In this document: piece by piece, positions 14,319 to 25,844 of the stretch
Numbering within the stretch: position 1 is the first letter of the stretch
Layout: each line of letters begins with the position of its first letter
Assembly: GCF_009834535.1 (NCBI RefSeq)
Contig: NC_045697.1
Coordinates: 95,978,001-96,042,000 of the forward strand
Direction: 5' to 3'
Length of the DNA stretch: 64,000 nucleotides
Origin: Camelus ferus
Lineage: Eukaryota
Notes under the pieces: generated by a model
What the model was told of the DNA's origin: nothing
The model's database searches: none
Seen by the model: the letters and a program-made list of their open reading frames with translations, nothing else
Translations under genes and position numbers: made by a program

Positions 14319-14612
14319 GAAAACTGGCACTGAAAAGTAGGGATGTTATAACAAAGATCTAAAACAGGGAAAACAGTTTTGGAAATGGGTAATTGACAGA
14401 GAATGGGAGAATTTTGAGATGCATACTAGAAAAAGCCTACACTGCCATGAATGGACTGTGAAAGGTGATTCTCATGAGGGCCAAGAAGGAGAGGGAGAGA
14501 GCTATAGAGAAAGCCTCATGCATCTTGGAGAATACCTAAGTGATCCTGAACAGAATGTCGGTAAAAATATGGACCATAAAGGTCCTTCTGATAAGGTCTC
14601 AGGTGGAAATGG
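14319..14612 (+). mobile_element. MaLR internal region (MLT1A-int), 5' portion
   Basis: Immediately follows the LTR: 'gaaaactggcactgaaaagtagggatgtt...ttttggaaatgggtaa...aaaaagcctacactgccatgaa...aggtctcaggtggaaatg'. Confidence 0.8.
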
Positions 14613-16129
14613 AATACAATGCAAAAGTGAAAAAAAAACAAATCCCTGCTGTACACCAAATCAGATCATTATTAATTCACCTAATTACTTTAGACCTGAA
14701 TTAGTTTAGATTTTATATTTTTACTGATCCCAACTTGATAATTTTAGCAATGTAAGAAAAGCATTTTATTCCATGATGATAAACTTTGTTCACTCTTACC
14801 TGAAAATTCCACAAAGTGAAATTTCTATTAGCTTCTAAATAGAAATCATTACTAATGCCAGTAAGTAGGTGGCTTTGCAGAAGGACAGATATGACAATCC
14901 CTAACAGCAGCTTTTGAGAACACTATACTGTTTTTCTCTGTTGATTTGATCATCTGTTAAATAAGTAATATTGAATTATTGAAAAAAGATCATATGGGAA
15001 CTATTATTTTCACATATATTGGAAGTTTTTAGAACATTTCTCTGTAACTCTCTTTTTGTCTGTCTGCCTCTGCAGTATATGACAAGTTTTGGAAGTAATC
15101 ATGCTACCTTAAAGTAAAAAGAATGCTTTCCTATCCTCTCTTATGATTTGGCACTGTAAAATTTGACTACAAGATTCATCTATACATTAAAAATATTAAA
15201 GACTCCCTTTGAATCATTAAAATCACTGACTTTTTAAACTTTTTTTGAGGAGAAATTAGCCCATTGATTATTTTCAATTTTTCTTAGTTATTTTTATATT
15301 TTAGGTTTGTGATCTCAGAAAAATTTTAGCCCTTTTAGAGACAGTTATAGGATTTGTTTTATTTTTGCTATTTTACTATAATTTATTATAATATTCTGTG
15401 CTATGTTATCATTTATATTTTTGTTACAATTACTTTGTAACTCTAAAAAAATAACACCTCGAGTTTCACACTTAGCCTCTTCTTTTTAGATTATAAAACT
15501 ATTTTTTTTTTTGAGTAAAAACCTTGAGTAAAACTTTGGCATTTTCCTTCAAAGAATAATGACTTGATTGTTTTTGTACAAATGATAAATGCTTAAAATT
15601 AAAAATGTGATAATAAGTAAAATAATAAGTTAATAATGATAATAGTAATATAAGTAAATAAGTAATAGTGAGAAGTATAAAAGGAAAATAAATAAATCCT
15701 TTCTATCTGCTCAGGAGACAACATTCATGAATACTGCTTACATTATTATTATGGAATATATGTATATATTTACTAAGTATCTTTTTCAGGAATTTAATAG
15801 AAAAGAAAAACTAAAAGTAAATGACAAACTGCAAAGATATATCAATAGATAGATATATTGATAGATTGGTAGATAGATACAGATGTAGTTATAACTGGAT
15901 AATTAAAGTGACAATAAAATTTTAAAACACTATTTGATGGAAACATTTGAATACCAGAGTCATTATGCATTATTTTCAACTTTATATACAAATGTGACCT
16001 ATTCAGTATGAAATATAAGGCATTGTGTATATTTTAGCCTTATGGATTTTTTTCTTTACCCTTAAAATTAAAAATAAAATTGTCAGTAAATGCTAGCACT
16101 GCTCGTGTGTGTGTAAGTGGTGGTGAGGA

Positions 16130-16520
16130 GGGTACACTGGAGAGGATTCACCTTTTTCCGTTGGTTGTCTTGTAATCGAAAGACTCATTTTGTAAGTTTG
16201 TGTCAGTTTTCAAATCATTACTTTTTGTTTTTTTTTAATTTTACTTTGAGAATTACTCTCCTCTATCTACACTGTGCTTTCTTTCTGGAGTTTGTCTTAT
16301 ATAGTTATTGGCTCTTCTGGATGTACTCTTTGCTTCTCATCATTTTGCTCATCCTGTTAATGTTCTTTTTATTTATATAGGAGAATTTATCAGCTGTGCA
16401 TTTAATAAACTTATTCAGTTTCCCACTGTATTGAATCTACAAGTCACTATTTTATTTGATAATCCTGCTTTATGTATTAAATTGATTTCCCCTGCACTCA
16501 TTAATGAGCGGTACTGTCAC
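16130..16520 (-). mobile_element. Ancient L1/HAL1 ORF1 remnant
   Basis: Reverse strand translates to ...STSRRANNYIRQTPERK..., resembling the ORF1 'RSRRSNIxxxGxPE' motif; T-rich on the + strand. Confidence 0.4.
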
Positions 16521-16723
16521 AAGTGCACTCATTAGTCTCTTGTGGCAGCAAGAGCCCACATTACACAGATTGCTGTCCTCCCCACCTTAGTGTGAGTTAC
16601 TACTATAACCTCTTGCTCTATATGTTAGCATCTTCATGCTTCCCGAAGTTGTCTCTGCATTTCCTATCTGTCCTGAAATAGCTGTTATGATGTCCACTTT
16701 GTCTCTAGTCTACATTTGGAGCT

Positions 16724-17114
16724 TGTAACAGTCAGGATTCTTGAGAGAAGCAGAACCAATTGGATGTGTATCTAAAGAGAGATTTATTTTAAGGAATTGG
16801 TTTATGCAATTATGGAGGAAAAGTTCCAAATTTGTATGGTAGGCTGTCAGGCTAAAATTCAGGGAAGAGCCAGTGCTGCAATTCATTCTGAAGGCTGTCT
16901 GTTGGCAGAATTTCCTCTTGCTTGGAGAAGGTCAGTCTTTTGTTCTGTGTAGGTCTTCAGCTGACTGGGTGACATCCACTCACACTCTAGAGGGTTATCT
17001 CCTTTTCTCAAAGTCTCATGCAAAAACCACCTCAGAGAAACATCCAGAATGACATTTGGCCAAAAATCTAAATACCATGGCTCAGCCAAGTCGATACATA
17101 AAATTAACCATTAC
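16724..17114 (-). mobile_element. ERVL LTR, MLT2 family
   Basis: Reverse complement starts tgtaatggttaattttatgtatcgacttggctgagcc (MLT2 5' end); also 'gagatttattttaaggaattggtttatgcaattatggagg'. Confidence 0.85.
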
Positions 17115-17924
17115 AGAGATTTAGGGCATTTTGAATTTTTTTGTGTGAAAAATTTTGTATATCTTCTTCCTAAGAATGACTCTCTTTGTAAACTTAAATT
17201 TTACATCCTGGTCTTTACTTTCTTAAACCATATTACTTACAAATTGTTCACATTTAATTGAACAGTTCAATTCTGAATGCTTAGAACTTATACCTACTTA
17301 ATTAGCAGGAATCTTCTTTCTTGGGTGCTGCTGTTCAGTTGTTCCCTCTAGGAATCTGTGGTTCTTATCATCATGGAGAGGGAGCTTCTCACAAATGCTC
17401 ATAGTAATTGCAGTCCAGACCTGGGGGCCACTCTTATCATAGACCCATTTAAGGTCACAGTGGTTCTGTTAATCACAGGTGATCAATGGACTTGCTGTAT
17501 CAGCCTCTTCCATCTGTTTTTTAACTTCCAATCAAAAGTAAACTTTTCCCTTTACCTTTAATAGAGAAAATCCATCTCCTTTGTGTGACAAGACTTTCCA
17601 CAGGTATTTCACCACAGAATAATTGGGACCATGGTGACAGAGTTCTTGAATTTATAATATCACAGAGCTTGGAGTTGTAGCGTACAGAGACAGAGCCATC
17701 AGGTGCACCTTCCCACTGGACTCAGGCACTAATCTCTCAGACACAAGTCCTTATAGCTCTGTCTGAACCTCTCTAACATCTACCTTCATCATTTTTTACC
17801 TTCAGGACCCTCAGAAAGTACCTGTCCTTTACATATGTCTGTAAATGTCAGATTCAGGGCTCCTAGGCCTCCTTCAAAAAAGAGAGGCAGTTGAGAAGTG
17901 ATTTCTCCAAGCATTTCATGAAAA

Positions 17925-20008
17925 TTTCAGAAAGAGCAATAAATAAATAAAAGACATCCAAATTGCAAAGAAAGTAAAATTATCTCTTTTTACAGATGAT
18001 ATGATTTTATTAATAAAAAATGCCTAAAGATTACACACACACACAGACACAATTGTTAAACCTTGTAAATATATTCAACAGGTTTTAGAATACAAAATCA
18101 GCACATTCATTCACATTTCTATACAAACAATGAAAACTGCAAGAAAAAAAAAAAGGAGAGAAAGAGAGAGAAAACAATCCGTCTTACAAAAACATTTAAA
18201 ATAAAAAACCTACTTAGGAAAAATTAATCAAGGAAGTAAACAACTTGTGCAATGAAAACTACAGAACACTGATGAAAGTCATTAAATGGAAATAATGAAT
18301 AAATGGAAAGGCATTCCATGTCCATAAACTAGAAGACTTAATATTTTTAAGATGTCAATATTACCCAAAACAATTTACAGATTCAATGTAATCTCTATCA
18401 AAACCCAGTGGTATTCTTTGCAGATGCAGAAAAACCTATACTAAAATTTATATGGAATCTTAAGAGACCTCAAACTACTCAAAGTAACTTTGAAGAGGAT
18501 GAACAAAGTTCATGAAATCAATCACACTTCTTGATTTCAAAACCTATTCAAAGCTACAGTAATTGCAACAGTGTTGGACTGGCATAAAGACAAACTTAAA
18601 GATGAATGGCATGGAATAAAATGGAATAGAGAACTCAGTACTAAATCTTCACACATATGATTAAATGATTTGTGACAAGGGTGGCAAGATAACTCAAAAA
18701 GGAAAGGGCAGTCAAAAGTTGCTAGGAGAAATGGGTATCATTATTGAAAAAATAAAGTTGGACCCTTACTTTACACCATATTCAAAAAATAATTAGAAAG
18801 GGATTAAATTCCTAAATGTAAAAGCTAAGACTATGAAATGCTTAGAAGAAAATAAAGGGAAAAGCTTCATGGTATTGAGTTTGTCAATGATTTCTTGGAT
18901 ATGACACCAACAGTACAGTTAAAAAAAGAAAAAACTGTAAATTTTACTACAACAAAATTAAAAAGTTTTGTTCATGAAAGGACGCTATTAAGAAACTGAA
19001 AAAGCAACCCACAGAATGGAAGTATTATTTGCAAATCATATCTATCATAAGGAATTAACCTCCAAAATGTAAAAACAAAACAAAACAAAACAAAAAAACT
19101 CCTAAAACTCAGCAAACACAAACAACAACAAAAATTCCTTTAAAATGGGCAAAGGATTTGAATAAACATTTCTTCAAAGAAGATACACAAATTGCTAATA
19201 AGCACAATGATAACTGCACTTATAGCATGTAAATATTGCTTAATGCACATGTAACAACATTCAAGATCACAAATTATTAGATAAATGCAGTTAAAAAAAA
19301 AGACATAGTAACAAATGTTGACAAGGATGTGGAGAAATTAGGACCCTTGTGCATTACTGGTGGGAATGCAAAATGGTACAGCCACTGTGGAAAACGTATG
19401 ATGGTTCTTCATAAAAATTAAGCATAGAATTAACATGAGAGCCAACAATTCCACTTTTGATTACATACCAGAAAGAACTAAAAGCAGGGACATGAACAGA
19501 CTTTTGTATATCTATGTTCATAGCAGGATTATTAACAAAATTCAAAGGCAGAAACAACCCAAATGTCCAGTGATGGATGAGTGGATTAACAACATGGAGT
19601 ATATACATAGAATAGAATATTATTCAGCCTTAAAAAGCAGTGAAATTCTGATACACACTACAATATAGATGAACCTTAATGATCTTGTGCTAAGCAAAAT
19701 AAGCCAGACCGAAAGGACAAATATTGTACGACATGACTTATATGAGGTACTTGGAATAGGCCAAATTCACAGGCACAGAAAGTAGAGTAGTTGTTACCAC
19801 AGGCTGCAGAGAGGGGGAAATGGGGCATGACTGTTAAATAGACACAGAGTTTCTGTGATGATGACAATGTTCTGACAAAAAATGTTCTGGAGGTGGATAG
19901 GGGTGATGGTTACACCACATTATGAATGTACTCAATGCCACAGATCTGTACACTTATAAATGGTTAAAATGGGGAATACATATTTTTTACCAGTAAAAAT
20001 AAATAAGT
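17925..20008 (+). mobile_element. Old 5'-truncated L1 (L1MA/L1MB-type): RT region to 3' end, pseudogenised
   Basis: 'ttatctctttttacagatgatatgatt' (LF[A/T]DDMI motif), 'acagattcaatgtaatctctatcaaaa', 'ggtgggaatgcaaaatggtacagccactgtggaaaac'; end 'tgtacacttataaatggttaaaatgg...aaaataaa'. Confidence 0.9.
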
Positions 20009-20279
20009 AGCAGTATGTCTTTTTCTACTCTTCCTTTACTTCATAAATTAAACACTTAACCAGAATAAGAGATATAAGAATTGTAACCTGAATAATTCAT
20101 CAACTGCTAGTTTTCCATTCTGTAAATTAGAAAAGTGTATTTTTATATCCAAATTATGTCCCTCTCACCACTACCCTTCCCTTATCATTCTTGGCCCTCC
20201 TTATCCATTTTTATGCATTTCCAAAGCTTATACCTTCTAAAATACCCTGCAAAGTATTCATTGCATTGTACGTTTTTCT

Positions 20280-20440
20280 TCATTAAGCTCCACAAAAGCT
20301 AGTTTGTTTGTTTGTTTGTATATTTTGTTCATAGCTTTATTATTAGATTTTAATAGTGTCTCCCCTCTCAACAGCACTTAGAACAGTCAGTACCTGGTAC
20401 AAAGTAAGTACTCAATAAATATCTGATAAATTAATGGATT
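20280..20440 (+). mobile_element. L2 3' end fragment
   Basis: 'cacttagaacagt...cctggtacaaagtaagtactcaataaatatctgataaattaatg'. Confidence 0.6.
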
Positions 20441-20469
20441 TACCTGAGATCTTAGAGACCACATACTGT

Positions 20470-20672
20470 AGTGTTTGGAAATAATACTTCAATGTTACCC
20501 TATCTAAGCTCCACTGATGACATGCTGAGTGTCCATGACCAAGTTAGTTGATATCACCAAGCCTCAGTTCCTCCATTTGGTAGAATTCTAAAGAGACTAA
20601 AATGTGATACACATTTTAAGAATTCTGCCCAGTACCTAATGCATATTGAATTTTCTTTAAGAGGTAGCTATT
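20470..20672 (+). mobile_element. MIR fragment
   Basis: 'gctccactga...gtgtccatgaccaagttagtt...gcctcagttcctccatttg'. Confidence 0.55.
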
Positions 20673-20756
20673 CTTACTTTTGGCTATACATTGCAAATAC
20701 ACCCTCTATTAGAAAGAAGTATTAATAAAAACTTAAAAATAAAATAAAAGTTTTTA

Positions 20757-22093
20757 GAGCAAGGTGGCGAAGTAGAAGGATGCTCGTAGCTCACCCTCTC
20801 CCACAAATACACCAAAACTCACATCTACGGACCCACTCAGTCAACCAGAGCACCTGCCGAACTCCGACAGAACATCGTCCTCTTCGAAAGACAAAGACGC
20901 AAAAACTCTGGTAGGAGAAAAGGAAAAAAGAAAGAAGAAAAAGCAAAACAGTGCGGGACCGGTCCTGCAGGGAGGGAGCTGCAAAGGAGGGCTGGCGCTC
21001 GTTCGCTGGGTCTCCCCCCTCCAACGGAGAGGCCAGCGGGACGGAGGGGGAGCCTCCGAGGCTCAGATCTGCCTTGAGCACCCCTTGACCAACAGAACTG
21101 AGTTAAATGGGCACAAAGGGTCCCCACGACACCCAGCCCGAGACGTGAGCAGGCAGCTGGGGGCCGAGACAGGCCTCCGGAGCCGGGCGGAGGACTGGGG
21201 CAGCTGCACTGAGACAGCCCTGGGGGACTGCAGGGTGCTGCGCACCGTGGCTGGGAGGGGATATGGAGCAGAACAACCTCAGTCCCCCATAAATTGTGAA
21301 AAAAGCAAAGCAACACGGCTGGTGTGCCCTAGGGGGAAGGGCGCCGTAGCCTTTGTCTCCTCAGACCTGCGCCGCCATTACTGGCGCTTCTCCCATGAAG
21401 AGAGGCAGGGTGCAGCCACAGCCACCATCTCCTGTGCGCAGCACCCAGGTTGGGGTGGGGCCAAGCCCTGAATCCATACCCCGGGGCTCCGCAACCTCCT
21501 AGGCAGGACTGAGACTTGTTTACAGCCCAAGGCAGATAGGATCTTTCTGCCCTGGCACCTCAGAGAACTCACGCCGGCCAGGCCAAGACAAACAAGGAGC
21601 TGAGATTTGGCACAGAGCAGGGGCGGGGCCGTTCTGCAGTCTTCCTCGAGCCCAACTTCAGAGCTCTGACCCGAGGCGGAGTGGGCACATGCACAGAGCA
21701 GTGGAGCGACTGGCACCGGGAGAGGGTGGGCGGCCCCCCACCTTCCTGGCAGGAAGGCAGCACCTGACCACAGTGCTGGGAGGGGGCACAATCCGCCCAC
21801 CTGCCTCACCGGAGCGCAGCATCTGACTGTGGCATCAGGAGGGGGAGTGACCCACCCGCCAACTGGGTAAGGGCTCAGCACCTGACCCAGTGTTAGGAGA
21901 GGCGCAAACTGCTAGCTGACAGGCACTGGGAGCAGCGCAGATGAAGGCGCCAACAGAGGGCCTCTGAAAACAGCAAGCTGAGTTCGCAAAACAGGGCGAA
22001 GACACAAAGACCTCTTGATAAAATCATTAAGAGCACACCATCTACAGGAGAACTAGATAACTGATACTCCTTAAGCCACAGTGCCAGAGAGAT
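20757..22093 (+). promoter_or_regulatory. L1 5' UTR / internal Pol II promoter, CpG-island-like
   Basis: Only GC/CpG-rich stretch in the window; variant YY1 box CAAGGTGGCG at 20760-20769; lies directly upstream of the ORF1 ATG. Confidence 0.8.
21758..21934 (+). repeat. Degenerate 59-bp tandem repeat (x3) in the L1 5'UTR
   Basis: Units start CAGCA(C/T)CTGAC...GGAG(G/A)GG at 21758, 21817 and 21876. Confidence 0.8.
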
Positions 22094-22993
22094 ATGAGCA
22101 ATATGAAGAAGCCGAGGAACCACTCCCAATTAAAAGATCAAGAGAAATCCCCTGAAAGCATGATCAAGGAAATAGACATTGATGGCCTACTAGATCAAGA
22201 TCTCAAAAAAGGACTGATCAAAGTACTGAAGGAACTTAAAGAAATAGTGTTTAGAGATATAAAATATGTCAAAAATGAAATAGAAGCTATAAAGAAGAAC
22301 CAAGTAGAATTAGTAAACTCATTTGCTGAGATGAGAGCTGACCTAAAGGCTGTACAAAGCAGGCTAGATAATGCAGAGGAACGAATAAGTGACCTACAAG
22401 ACAGGACAACAGAAAGCACCCAATCAGAACAGCTGAGAGAAAAACAAATAAAAAACAAGGAAAACAATTTAAGAGACCTATAGGATAATATAAAGCGTGC
22501 CAATCTACGCATAATAGGGGTTCCAGAAGGTGAAGAAAGAACAAAGGGGATTGAAAAGGTATTTGAAGACATCATGACTGAAAACTTCCCAAACCTAAAG
22601 GAATCAGATATCCAAGTACAGGAGACTCAGAGGGTCCCAAACAGGAAGAACCCAAACAGACCCACACCAAGACATATCATAATCAAGATGGCCAGAGTCA
22701 AGGATAAAGAAATGATCCTAAAGACAGCTAGAGAAAAACAAAGAGTGAGTTACAAGGGAACCCCCGTAAGGCTCTCAGCTGATTTCTCTACACAAACACT
22801 ACAGGCCAGAAGGGAGTGGCAAGATATAGTCAAAGTCCTGAATGAAAAAAAGATGTAGCCTAGGATACTCTATCCAGCAAGGCTATCCTTTAGAACAGAA
22901 GGAGAGATAAAGAACTTCACAGACAAGCAAAAACTAAAAAAGTTTAGCAACATTAAACCCATGCTAAAAGAAATATTGACAGGTCTACTCTAA
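22094..22993 (+). pseudogene. L1 ORF1p (RNA-binding chaperone), 299 codons, two in-frame TAG stops
   Basis: Track ORFs 22094-22483 and 22574-22858 are in the same frame. Coiled coil, then LRDL*DNIKRANLRIIGVPEGEE, ENFPNL, PRHIIIK, AREK, LSADFS, *PRILYPARLSF, ending GLL-TAA at 22991-22993. Stops are at 22481-83 (expected W) and 22856-58 (expected Q). Confidence 0.93.
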
Positions 22994-23134
22994 ATAGAAA
23001 AGCAGCAGGATGCTACAAAAATGAGAAACTCATGACTGGAAAGGAGATAACTGCCATGAATTACAAAAAGATTAAAGACAAAATTGTAAAAGAAGACATC
23101 TAAATAATTAAGACTGGGAGAAGGAAGCAAGGAA

Positions 23135-23504
23135 AGCCACTGTGGAAAACAGTATGGAGATTCCTCAAAAGACTAGGAATAGACTTACCATATGACCCAG
23201 GAATCCCGCTCCTGGGCATAAATCCAGAAGGAACCCTACTTCAGGATGACACCTGCACCCCAACATTCATAGCAGCACTATTTACAACAGCCAAGACATG
23301 GAAACAGCCTAAATGTCCATCAACAGATGACTGGATAAAGAAGAGGTGGTATACTTATATGATGGAATACTATTCAGCCACAAAAACCGACAACAATCGC
23401 CATTTGCAGCAACATGGATGTTCCTGGAGAATGTCATTCTAAGTGAAGTAAGCCAGAAAGAGAAAGAAAAATATCATATAAGATCGCTCATATGTGGAAT
23501 CTGA
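23135..23504 (+). pseudogene. L1 ORF2 C-terminal remnant (~120 codons)
   Basis: [28 protein letters not shown]...[26 protein letters not shown]...EYYSA, a frameshift near 23395, then PFAATWMFLENVILSEVSQKEKEKYH..SLICGI*. Confidence 0.9.
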
Positions 23505-23839
23505 AAAAAAAAAACCCATAAATACAAAACAGAAACATACTCATAGACATAGAATACAAACTTGAGGGTGCCAAGGGGGCGGGGGGTGGGAAGGGACAGA
23601 CTGGGATTTTAAAATGCAGAAAGATAAACAAGATTATACTGTATAGCACAGGGAAATATATACAAGATCTTGTGGTAGCTCATGGTGAAAAAAAATGCGA
23701 CAATGAATATATATATGTTCATGTATAACTGAAAAATTGTGCTCTACACTAGAATTTGATACAACATTGTAAAATGACTAAAAGTTTTTATTTTTAAGAG
23801 AGTAGACATTACAGAAAGTAAAGCAAGTGTGTGTATATG

Positions 23840-24047
23840 CAGTTGACCTTTAAACAACATGCGTCTTCACTGTGCAAGTCCACTTATAAATTGATATTTT
23901 TCAATAAATACTACAGTACTACAAGATTAGACGTTGGTTGAATTCAAGAATGCAGAATCCTGGATACAGAGGGCCAACTGTAATTTCACTCAGATTTTTC
24001 CACTGCATGGAGGGTCAGTCCCCCTAACCTCTGTGTTGTTCAAGAGT
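23840..24047 (+). mobile_element. Tigger2-derived MITE (TcMar-Tigger, Tigger2a-like)
   Basis: Terminal inverted repeats CAGTTGACCTTTAAACAACA ... TGTGTTGTTCAAGAGT; internal 'gtccacttata' and 'cccctaacctctgtgttg'. Confidence 0.8.
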
Positions 24048-24362
24048 GCTTTTTTTTTTTTTTTTAATGTATGTGAGAGGAAGACTTTCCATCTCCATTT
24101 CCCAGTTAGTTTGCATTCCAAGGACAATAATAACTTTCATGACACGTAAATCGGGTTGTCTTTCTTCAGTAATTGGAATATCCCCAAAATTTTAATAACA
24201 TTTAATGTGCTAATGTGTTGGTGACTATCCAAAATGAGGAATATAGTGTAGATATTACAGCTTTATAGAGTTCTCCCTTTTTTTGTGTGATGCAGCTCAT
24301 GAAACTGATGTTACATTGAATATCACAACAAACAAAAATGCTGTTTAAAATATACAGAATGT

Positions 24363-24440
24363 GGGGAGGGAGATAGCTCATTGGCAGAGTGCCTGCCTAG
24401 CATTCATGAGGTCCTGGGTTCAGTCCCCAATACTTCTGTT
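24363..24440 (+). mobile_element. tRNA-derived SINE (camelid Vic-1-like)
   Basis: GGGGAGGGAGATAGCTCATTGGCAGAGTGCCTGCCTAGCATTCATGAGGTCCTGGGTTCAGTCCCCAATAC: A box, B box and a tRNA-Ala-like body followed by A-rich sequence. Confidence 0.8.
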
Positions 24441-25844
24441 TAGCTTCGAGAAAAAGCAATTAAGGAAAATAAAAGATTAACAAATGCAGACAAGACTGTC
24501 ATTTCCATTATTTTTGCTACCTATAAAAATAGTAGTATTTAAGGGTAATACTCTAGCAAAATATCAAGTTAGTATTGTGACTCTATTGACTACAATTTTA
24601 AAGCAATCATCCATGGTATCTTCAGCACATATCACCATCATTTCTCTGTTGCTTTATATCACTGAGATTCATCATTAAATATTGATGGATTACTTGTAGC
24701 TCTAATTGCCTTGTAAAAGAAATACCTACTTTAAGAAAAACTTTGGATTTTCTATCTGATCAGATTTTAAACTATAATCATTTTAACCATTAGAATAAAT
24801 TCTGAAGCTTTTTCTTACATTTGGCCAATCCAGAAATGGGGCTGTGTGGAAAAAAATGACAGCCTTTTTCTTTACTGCCCACAATAAGAAAAGTTAGCAT
24901 AAGAAATATGATGCTGACCTTGAGGGCTTTATTATATTTAAAAAAGTACCAGGAATAAATGTATAAAGGGCAAGGTGGAAAGAGAAACACCATTTATCAT
25001 AAAATCTGTAACTTTTATTTTTATTTTTCTAATAATCAAATTTTGAGTTTAAAAAACATACTTCTAACTAAGATATTTAGAGACTCCATATTTAGATAGA
25101 ATCTTGAGCGGCTTTTAAGATGAGATTTAAAATTCAGAAGCAGTTGCCAACGTGGAATAAATTAATGTTCTACAGTGCCTCCACACTTCTACATCATTTT
25201 TGATATTAGTCTTCCATGCAAAGATATCTTTGCTGTTGAAAAGTCAGCTCAGATCTATAGGGAATGCTCTTAACCACAGTAGACAATTACAAAGATAGAA
25301 ATCATTTTTAAGTTTGAATTTGAAACTTCAAAACTATGAAAAATATTTTAAATAAAATATATTTATGTGATTTGTAATTCATTTTCTTCTTGGTATGGGT
25401 TTAATACTATATTTAATGTTCCCAAGTCTTTTCACAAAATGTAACCTTAGATTTTTATTGCCAAGCTTTGATCAAAAACCCCTTTGAGAGAAATTTATGG
25501 CCAGTGTATGGAGGGCATCATCAACCATTCTTCTAATTTATTTATTATACGGGGACCAAGCTGGAATTGCATAAATCTGCAATTTAGATCACATTGTTTT
25601 ACATGTCTTTCCCTTATGCCTTGCCACAAAAGTATGGCTTCTCTTGAGTTACGCTTTGAAATTATATCTTGGATTATAGTTACAAACGCTAAACTAAACA
25701 ATTTTACAAACTTGACTATTCTACCATTTAGGTAAATTGTTGCAGATATTGAAAGGCATTGTAGTCTCCCTTATGAGAACCTTTTGATAAATTCAGTTAT
25801 AAGTGACAGGAAAAAAAACTATGTTTTTGTGTCAATTATTAATT

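Larger units (their letters stand above)
20757..23780 (+). mobile_element. Internally deleted, 5'-complete L1 (5'UTR + ORF1 + partial spacer + ORF2 tail + 3'UTR); HAL1-like ORF1-only structure
   Basis: L1-type 5' end GAGCAAGGTGGCG; CpG-rich 5'UTR; full ORF1; junction to the ORF2 C-terminus at ~23135; 12-bp TSD TAAAAGTTTTTA at 20745-20756 and 23779-23790. Confidence 0.92.

Noticed and set aside
20791..21881. Long overlapping ORFs (96-167 aa) in the GC-rich segment, possible ORF0-like antisense proteins
   Set aside because: Expected from stop-codon scarcity in a GC-rich L1 5'UTR; no recognisable domain
22195..22575. 126-aa and 85-aa minus-strand ORFs
   Set aside because: Antisense shadows of L1 ORF1
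23125..23145. L1 internal deletion as a splicing product
   Set aside because: The downstream piece retains the AG of 'gcAGccactg', and the removed sequence cannot be seen, so there is no evidence for GT-AG boundaries without a consensus
24363..24437. Possible tRNA gene
   Set aside because: Mismatched stems, altered 5' end and A-rich tail indicate a SINE
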